64,000 nt of DNA, taken from Candidatus Tayloriibacteriota bacterium. Its GTDB lineage: Bacteria; Patescibacteriota; Minisyncoccia; Phycocordibacterales; HO2-43-120. A program made the translations under genes and the position numbers. Positions 57,917 to 64,000 of this stretch are shown in pieces (position 1 is the stretch's first letter; every line of letters starts with the position of its first letter). The DNA lies in contig JBDTMN010000002.1 in NCBI GenBank assembly GCA_039934295.1, forward strand, positions 26,725-90,724. Direction: 5' to 3'. The notes beneath the pieces were generated by a model. That model did not search any database. It saw only the letters and a list, made by a program, of their open reading frames with translations, and was not told the origin of the DNA.

Positions 57917-60784
57917 CTACCGAATAATCCCTACATATTTAAGCCAACCGAGGAAAGCACCCGCAACGCCTGCCCAATAGGAAGTCGACTGGGTTGTCGG
58001 TGCCGCGGTTATGGTAATCTCACCAACTTTGTATCGGCTGTTCCCTGCATCAGACACCCCAGATCCGGGAGTGAAGACGAGGCGTTCAGAACCGACGTAC
58101 ATACCAACGAGAACGTCGTATGATCCAACTGGGATATCATCGATGGATTTGGATGATGGAGTAGACATGGTTCCTGCTGACCACTGATCGGTCGGAGGAT
58201 TTGGGAAGAAGCCGAAGCTAACTACTTTGCTCCGATCAACTTTGTTGTTCAGGAATACGAATACCGACCAGCTTTGCTTTCCTAGAGAAAGTCTGTACGG
58301 TCCTCCAGACCAGTTCAGAGTGTAATTGAGGGTTTGGCCGACTTGGATGCTCGAAGGAGCATTCCAAGGAAGAACGGTGGGTTGAGTTTGAACCTGTTGA
58401 ATAGCTGGAACTGAAACTGCCAAATCTCTAGAGACTGAAGCGCCTGCACTGTTTCTGCACGTGAGCGTATAGTTGGCATTTGAAGTCAACACTCCTGTAT
58501 TGATAGCCTCGCTAGCTCTGTATGAAGCGTTGCTGAAGTTTGGACCATTCAGAGTACAGCCCGTTGCATTTGTCGCCGACCATACCAATGTCGTAGATCG
58601 GACATCGTTGGTGATAGGTTGTGAAGTTCTAAAATCAGTTATCGAAGGAGCAGGTGCATTAGTAGTGTTTGGAGCCGCCGTAACCGTAATCTCCCCGACC
58701 TTGTATCGACTGCTACCTGCATCAGATACTCCGGACCCTGGAGCAAAGACCAGACGTTCCGAGCCGACGTACATACCAACAAGGACGTCATATGAACCGG
58801 GAGGAATGTCAGAAGTAGACTTGGATGATGGAGTAGACATGGTTCCTGCAGGCCACTGCGCCGTTGGTGGATTTGGGAAGAAGCCAAAGTTAACTTCTTT
58901 GCTCCGATCAGCTTTGTTGCGCAAGAATACGAATACCGACCAGTTTTGCTTTGCTAGAGAAAGTCTGTACGGTCCTCCAGACCAATTCAAAGTATAGTTC
59001 AGAGTCTGACCAGCTTGGATAGTAGAAGGCGCATTCCAAGGGAGGACGGTGGGGGTTCCGGCTGCTGGGTTGGTAGTAACGGGAGGAAGTGTCGTAGTTG
59101 GAGGAGGATTGGTTGTTGCGGGGGGATTGGCGGGAACAGGTGTTACCGGAGGGTTTGAAGGGGTTACTGGTGTAACCGTTGTTGGCACATACCTAAAGAC
59201 TACCTTTGATACTTGGCCAGCAGTTATATTCACTGGCACCGAACAAAAACCAAGAGAGCAGGTAACATTGGTTTTTGAATATGATGATTGACTGCCGATG
59301 AGACACTCTGTCCCCTGATTGTTGAGGCCTCCGCCTGCAAATGTGCACGAAGCCGAGTATTCATCATATCCAAAAAGATCGGTGGCGTATGCGGTGTGTT
59401 GACCTACTGACGGATTAAATTGCCCTGCTCCTGTGCCGGAGCCTAGAGAAACTGTATACGGGTTTGCTGCTCCTACGGAAGAAATACTGTCCACGGTCGC
59501 CTGTGTTCCGGAAATAGGATTGAGATCGGCATCTACTCGCTTGATGATGAGGTTGGGAGAAAATGTGGACACGGTCCCAGCCCCAGAACCGGTACTTATA
59601 AAACTTGCCCTACTTGCACCTACAAATGGCGCAGTTGAAGGAGAAACTCCGCTCTGCTGACCATTGTAGACTATCACGTCAGTCGAACCGCTGAACCTAA
59701 CCCCGTCGGAAGAAATCTTGACTTGGTATTTTGTGCCGTTCGTAGAACCAACCATGTCGTTTGGTAGATCTATAGAAAGAAACCATTGGGCCGACGTAGA
59801 TTGGTTGTCGATGGTAAGAGTCTTTGTGTAGTTTTTACCGGTAATATTGACATAATATCTAGCGATGGAAGGGTCTATGATAATAGCGTCTCGCGGCCAC
59901 ACATTATACGGTGCAGTTGGGGAGAAATTTTGTATGTAGACCTTAGATAGAGTACACGAAGATGTATTGGTCTCTGACGGACACGTACGCACAGCATACT
60001 GATAATCCCTCACTACCTTGTGGGATGTCTGATACAGTCTCATCGATGAGAGGTTCGGACTAACTATCTTCAAGGTAGATGGCGGGCTCCAAGTCTTTTC
60101 CCCATCTATGGAATAACTCACTTGAATAGACGAGCCGACGACGGCATTGGCGGAAACAGTAAATGGAGTGGCGGGAACCGAAGTGAAATCCACTTGTCCA
60201 TTGCCTATAGATCCACCTATAGTTCCAGAAAATATTCTGGTAGTGCTTAGATTGCTCAATGTCACCGTATTGGTCGGATAGACAACGCGGACTGAAGAAG
60301 TTTTCACTGTAGAAAGAGCTCCCAGTAAAATATACATCTGTTCACCGCGATAGGCGGTTTTGGTCGATGCTGCAAAAGCTTCAAGCACGATGAACTCTGG
60401 AGCTTTCGGTGTGACCTGTGTAGCTGTTTGTCCGCCTTGTACACCACCAGTGGCTGTAGAGGTGACTTTGTCCAAATATCGCTCTTCAACCCAACCCGTG
60501 CCTGCATAATCAAAGTCAACCGCCCATGACCAAGTACCGAGACTATTGGACAGTGCTGGAACATTCGGTCGTATTGTACCGACAAAGTCTTTTTTGGCAG
60601 TGTTTCCATTTGTTAGTTCAACAGAAACGTTGGAATTGATCTTAACGCGATCACCTGTCTTAAACTTGGTTGAAATCTGAGAAGCTGTCGGTGTAACCCC
60701 TTGAGCATGAATCGGGTTAGCTACTATAAAGGTGAAGGCCAGTACAATCGCCGACAAAGCTAAGAAACGTGCATATGTTTTCAT
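57917..60784 (-). CDS. Large secreted protein with duplicated Ig-like module
   Basis: Signal peptide; repeats at about 57999-58381 and 58671-59053; Pro/Thr linker. Confidence 0.82.
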   Translation of the reverse strand: MKTYARFLALSAIVLAFTFIVANPIHAQGVTPTASQISTKFKTGDRVKINSNVSVELTNGNTAKKDFVGTIRPNVPALSNSLGTWSWAVDFDYAGTGWVEERYLDKVTSTATGGVQGGQTATQVTPKAPEFIVLEAFAASTKTAYRGEQMYILLGALSTVKTSSVRVVYPTNTVTLSNLSTTRIFSGTIGGSIGNGQVDFTSVPATPFTVSANAVVGSSIQVSYSIDGEKTWSPPSTLKIVSPNLSSMRLYQTSHKVVRDYQYAVRTCPSETNTSSCTLSKVYIQNFSPTAPYNVWPRDAIIIDPSIARYYVNITGKNYTKTLTIDNQSTSAQWFLSIDLPNDMVGSTNGTKYQVKISSDGVRFSGSTDVIVYNGQQSGVSPSTAPFVGASRASFISTGSGAGTVSTFSPNLIIKRVDADLNPISGTQATVDSISSVGAANPYTVSLGSGTGAGQFNPSVGQHTAYATDLFGYDEYSASCTFAGGGLNNQGTECLIGSQSSYSKTNVTCSLGFCSVPVNITAGQVSKVVFRYVPTTVTPVTPSNPPVTPVPANPPATTNPPPTTTLPPVTTNPAAGTPTVLPWNAPSTIQAGQTLNYTLNWSGGPYRLSLAKQNWSVFVFLRNKADRSKEVNFGFFPNPPTAQWPAGTMSTPSSKSTSDIPPGSYDVLVGMYVGSERLVFAPGSGVSDAGSSRYKVGEITVTAAPNTTNAPAPSITDFRTSQPITNDVRSTTLVWSATNATGCTLNGPNFSNASYRASEAINTGVLTSNANYTLTCRNSAGASVSRDLAVSVPAIQQVQTQPTVLPWNAPSSIQVGQTLNYTLNWSGGPYRLSLGKQSWSVFVFLNNKVDRSKVVSFGFFPNPPTDQWSAGTMSTPSSKSIDDIPVGSYDVLVGMYVGSERLVFTPGSGVSDAGNSRYKVGEITITAAPTTQSTSYWAGVAGAFLGWLKYVGIIR

Positions 60785-61052
60785 AAAAATCAAAATTAAT
60801 TACAGCTTCTAAATGATACAGAAAGTATACAGTATTGACTTCCGCATACCAAGATAGTTATACACAAGCATATTGCTAAAAGTTGAACGGTCGGAGACAT
60901 TTTCTATCACAGCGATGCATCATCGAAGCGCGTTTGTATAGCAAATGAAGTAAATTTCATCCCACAAGGGCAACTTTCTGAACTCTCCCAAAGAAAAAAG
61001 GATGTCCACTTGGAACATCCTCGATGTAACTGACTGAAACTTTGACGACCGT

Positions 61053-61418
61053 CTACCAGGTCCAGGACGGACGATGACCCGCAAAATTGCGGCGGACCCA
61101 GGAGGCAAACTCGCCAAACGTGAAGTGGCAGTAGATAGACTGCGCTTCCTGCGCAATCCTTCGCCATTTTTTTTCGCCGAGGCGAAGCCACGCCAGCGTT
61201 AACCGCTGGAGATTCGCCTTTTCCTCGCTAATCAAGCCGAGGCCGTATTTGAACGCTATCAGACACGCCTTTGCAAGTGAAATCCGGTTTACAAAAACCT
61301 TCATCACCACCCCCTTCCTCATTGTCTTGGAGAGCATGTCTCCTCGTGCGAATGCCGACGTTGCATCGGCTTTTGAGTGGATGGTTGATGTGGATTCCGT
61401 CTTGCCTGTTTTTTTCAT
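61053..61418 (-). CDS. Hypothetical protein, possibly frameshifted
   Basis: 121-aa ORF in an otherwise empty region; overlapping frames continue to about 60907. Confidence 0.4.
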   Translation of the reverse strand: MKKTGKTESTSTIHSKADATSAFARGDMLSKTMRKGVVMKVFVNRISLAKACLIAFKYGLGLISEEKANLQRLTLAWLRLGEKKWRRIAQEAQSIYCHFTFGEFASWVRRNFAGHRPSWTW

Positions 61419-61597
61419 GGAGTTCTACCTTTACCGTTGTACTGCTGTTTGTTTTTGTTGGTCGGAGAGGAATAGGCCAACATACAAGAACACGACTCCC
61501 ATTTCCTGTAGGAGAACAGCTCCAAGAAGGAATCTACCATAAAGAAAATTAAATAGCAACCCCCCGCCCCCGCCATATGGGGAAAAACCTCATTTCT

Positions 61598-62023
61598 TTA
61601 AAACTGCGCTATTTCATTCGAAGAAACGATACTCCAAATGCCTCCGGTTTCTTTTGCCAGCGTCTCCACATTGGAATAGGTATTTTGGAATCGAGAACGG
61701 GTCCGAATGAGCAAATCCACTCCCTGGGGCATTATTGAAAAAATCGTGCATTTGTGCTCGGTCTCCGTTTCCGAAAGTGAAATCTCATCTCCTCCAGATG
61801 ACGGCGAATATGCGCTATTTGTTGATAATTTTAAAAGCGCGATGTCTCTGCAACTTTTCGCAAATGACGAGCTCATCTCCTTAAATTCAGAATCTAAAAC
61901 ATTGAACCTCGCCGAGAATCCCCCGAGATTCAGCGTGAAAACAATGGTCGTCATAATAAGAGAGATGAGAATGACCGAAATCAGCGCGATGAACCCTTTT
62001 TCTTTTTTAGATGAACACGTCAT
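61598..62023 (-). CDS. PilX-like minor pilin
   Basis: KG|FIALISVILI class III signal. Confidence 0.8.
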   Translation of the reverse strand: MTCSSKKEKGFIALISVILISLIMTTIVFTLNLGGFSARFNVLDSEFKEMSSSFAKSCRDIALLKLSTNSAYSPSSGGDEISLSETETEHKCTIFSIMPQGVDLLIRTRSRFQNTYSNVETLAKETGGIWSIVSSNEIAQF

Positions 62024-62538
62024 TGAATCAATTTGATTAACTCATATACTTCTCCTTTAATCGTAAGGAAAACTTTCACGAATTCTTTTCCGTTCGCGCT
62101 CTCGTGTTCAAATGATAGAGCGTCAATGGAAACAAAATCGCTATTCAATTTATTTTCGGGTGATGCTCCTCTTCTTAGCATGATACTTTTTCCCGCTGGG
62201 TCAAAACTCAACGTTAAAGAAATTCCGGACCCGCGCAGAGAGAGCGTTGACCCAGAACTACCCAATGCGGGCACTGATACAGACGTAACTCCGGCAAACA
62301 AGGAATCAATCTTTTTGAGCAAGAAATTTGTCTCTTCAATGAGCAGGACTTTTTCGCTCATGGCATTTTCGTTTGCAATAACCTGATATGCAGTCTGAAG
62401 AAAACTTCCCATGATAAGAGCAAGAAGGGCAATGTAAATGAGAGACTCGATGAGGGTGAAGCCGCGGGAATATGTAACATGTAACTTGTAACATGAAACA
62501 TGGAAAAATCTTTTTTGCATTTTTGATTTCATGGTCAA
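62020..62538 (-). CDS. Prepilin-type N-methylation domain protein
   Basis: RG|FTLIE. Confidence 0.88.
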   Translation of the reverse strand: MTMKSKMQKRFFHVSCYKLHVTYSRGFTLIESLIYIALLALIMGSFLQTAYQVIANENAMSEKVLLIEETNFLLKKIDSLFAGVTSVSVPALGSSGSTLSLRGSGISLTLSFDPAGKSIMLRRGASPENKLNSDFVSIDALSFEHESANGKEFVKVFLTIKGEVYELIKLIQ

Positions 62539-62575
62539 ATGTTAAATGTTACATGCTACATGCTTCCTGTCATTC

Positions 62576-63937
62576 CTAGTTTCCTTTTACAAATATTATT
62601 TTGTTTGGAGTTGCAACATACATTGTATTCCCCTCGCAGTCGAGGCTTATGCCGTCTCCATTCAAGTTGATGTCTCCAATTTTTACAATGTTGCTCGGGT
62701 CTTTCACATTCCATATTTGAAATTCTTCCGCCCCAACTAGTGTTGCAAGAAATGCCTTGTCGCTTCGAACAAAAATGTCATTCACACTCTTCCCTATTTT
62801 TTCCGACCCAACCGAGCTCTCAGATTTTGTATCAATAATGTGCAATTCATGATTAGACGCGATCGTTCCTCCATAAGTTCTTCCGAGATAAACCGTATCC
62901 CCCAATGGATAAAGACTCTTCCCGCTCTGGGTTAGAAATTGAGTCAATGTAATACTTCCGATTTCCTTGATATCACTGGGATCATTCACATCCAAAATTC
63001 TCATTTGTTTACTGCTGGCGGTAGCTAGATACGCCTTCGCTCCGACAACATAGATGTCGTTTACTACATTCCCTATCTCAAAGCTTCCGAGCAATGAGGG
63101 ACTAAGAGGGTCAGAGACATCTATAACGGAGAATTCAGGGTAGCTCGGTGAATTATTTGTTCCGAGAAACACTTTTTTATTCGAATAGAAAATGCTACTC
63201 GAAGTTCTATTGTCATTTATTCCTACAATGGAAGGCAACTTCAATTCTTTTTTAAGCAATGGATTAGAAGAATCAGACACATCAATAATCTGAAGTTGCG
63301 CGTTTATGCTTCCATTTGCAACATACGCGTAATCTCCTGCTACATGCAGAGCGTTGAGACCTGGGCCCGTGGTTATACTCGATACTATTTGAATATCTGA
63401 ATGATTAGAAATATCCACAATGTGAAAATCGGGTTGAAGCGGAGTGCTTGAATTCGTCGTCACATATATTTTATTATTGAGAACATCAATTTGGGTGATG
63501 TCAGTGAGACTTGAAATAGACGCAATTTCGCTTGGATTACTCCAATCATCGGTTAGAAACATGTCGCAGGTATCCGTTCCGAGAGCGTTTTCTGAATTCG
63601 TCGCAATTCTTGATAGTACCACTTGGTGTTTTCCACCATCCCAACTGACAGCGCTTTCTACAGATTTCGCAAAATTCGTTATCGGTTCAACAGTAATTGT
63701 TTTTTCAAAAATCCCGTCGGCAACCAAAGTGTTTTGCAGAGAATAGAAATCTTCGAGTAGAAAGATTTCGAGTCCTGATTTTGCTTTTGCGAGAGCGATT
63801 AGCGACAGTTCCGCCTGCAAAATCATGCTCCTGCTCCCGAAAGAAACCAAAATCACGGCAGTTATAACCAAAATACCCACTGAAAAAGCAACAAGTATTT
63901 CAAGCGTGCTCATGCCTTGTGAAGATTGTTCGTTCAT
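62576..63937 (-). CDS. Pilin-like protein with LVIVD-repeat beta-propeller
   Basis: G|MSTLEIL; repeated YAYVA..LQIIDVSD..P. Confidence 0.85.
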   Translation of the reverse strand: MNEQSSQGMSTLEILVAFSVGILVITAVILVSFGSRSMILQAELSLIALAKAKSGLEIFLLEDFYSLQNTLVADGIFEKTITVEPITNFAKSVESAVSWDGGKHQVVLSRIATNSENALGTDTCDMFLTDDWSNPSEIASISSLTDITQIDVLNNKIYVTTNSSTPLQPDFHIVDISNHSDIQIVSSITTGPGLNALHVAGDYAYVANGSINAQLQIIDVSDSSNPLLKKELKLPSIVGINDNRTSSSIFYSNKKVFLGTNNSPSYPEFSVIDVSDPLSPSLLGSFEIGNVVNDIYVVGAKAYLATASSKQMRILDVNDPSDIKEIGSITLTQFLTQSGKSLYPLGDTVYLGRTYGGTIASNHELHIIDTKSESSVGSEKIGKSVNDIFVRSDKAFLATLVGAEEFQIWNVKDPSNIVKIGDINLNGDGISLDCEGNTMYVATPNKIIFVKGN

Positions 63938-63943
63938 TTGATT

Positions 63944-64000
63944 TCACCAGTTGATCGTTCCTTCATCTCCAATTGAAATTGACTTTGTTTGACCGTCCTC
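63944..64000 (-). CDS. 3' end of probable FimT/GspH-like pilin (partial)
   Basis: ...KSISIGDEGTINW*, 6 nt before the next pilin gene. Confidence 0.5.
   Translation of the reverse strand, partial: EDGQTKSISIGDEGTINW

Overview
A 64-kb chromosomal segment that looks like a Patescibacteria/CPR (Parcubacteria-like) genome; this is inferred from gene content and organisation. Housekeeping genes include dnaX (with an intein), serS, rnc, a nusB-NUDIX fusion, rpmF, rnhB, gatB, obgE, rplU, rmuC and dprA. There is a glycolysis/non-oxidative pentose phosphate cluster (gap, fba, PfkB kinase, split tkt, rpe, rpiB) and an ECF sigma/anti-sigma pair upstream of a flavinylation-based redox module (FMN-binding protein, ApbE, RnfD-FNR fusion). 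Also present are two giant surface proteins, type IV pilin-like genes and two tRNAs (Gln-TTG, Glu-CTC). The most unusual structure is non-coding. (1) Three decayed copies of the gap 3' end alternate with accessory genes, forming a cassette stack with no integrase in the window. (2) Three structured units, each ending in a duplicated tRNA-Glu 3' end, follow the tRNA. (3) A family of non-autonomous IS200/IS605-like hairpin elements shows co-varying guide and cleavage tetranucleotides. (4) Inverted 7-9-mer repeat arrays sit at many gene junctions, one enclosing a four-helix-bundle gene. (5) An ArsR gene lies between attL/attR-like hybrid palindromes. A stand-alone P-II gene and an extra sigma70 look foreign. 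All product calls come from reading motifs; no database search was run.
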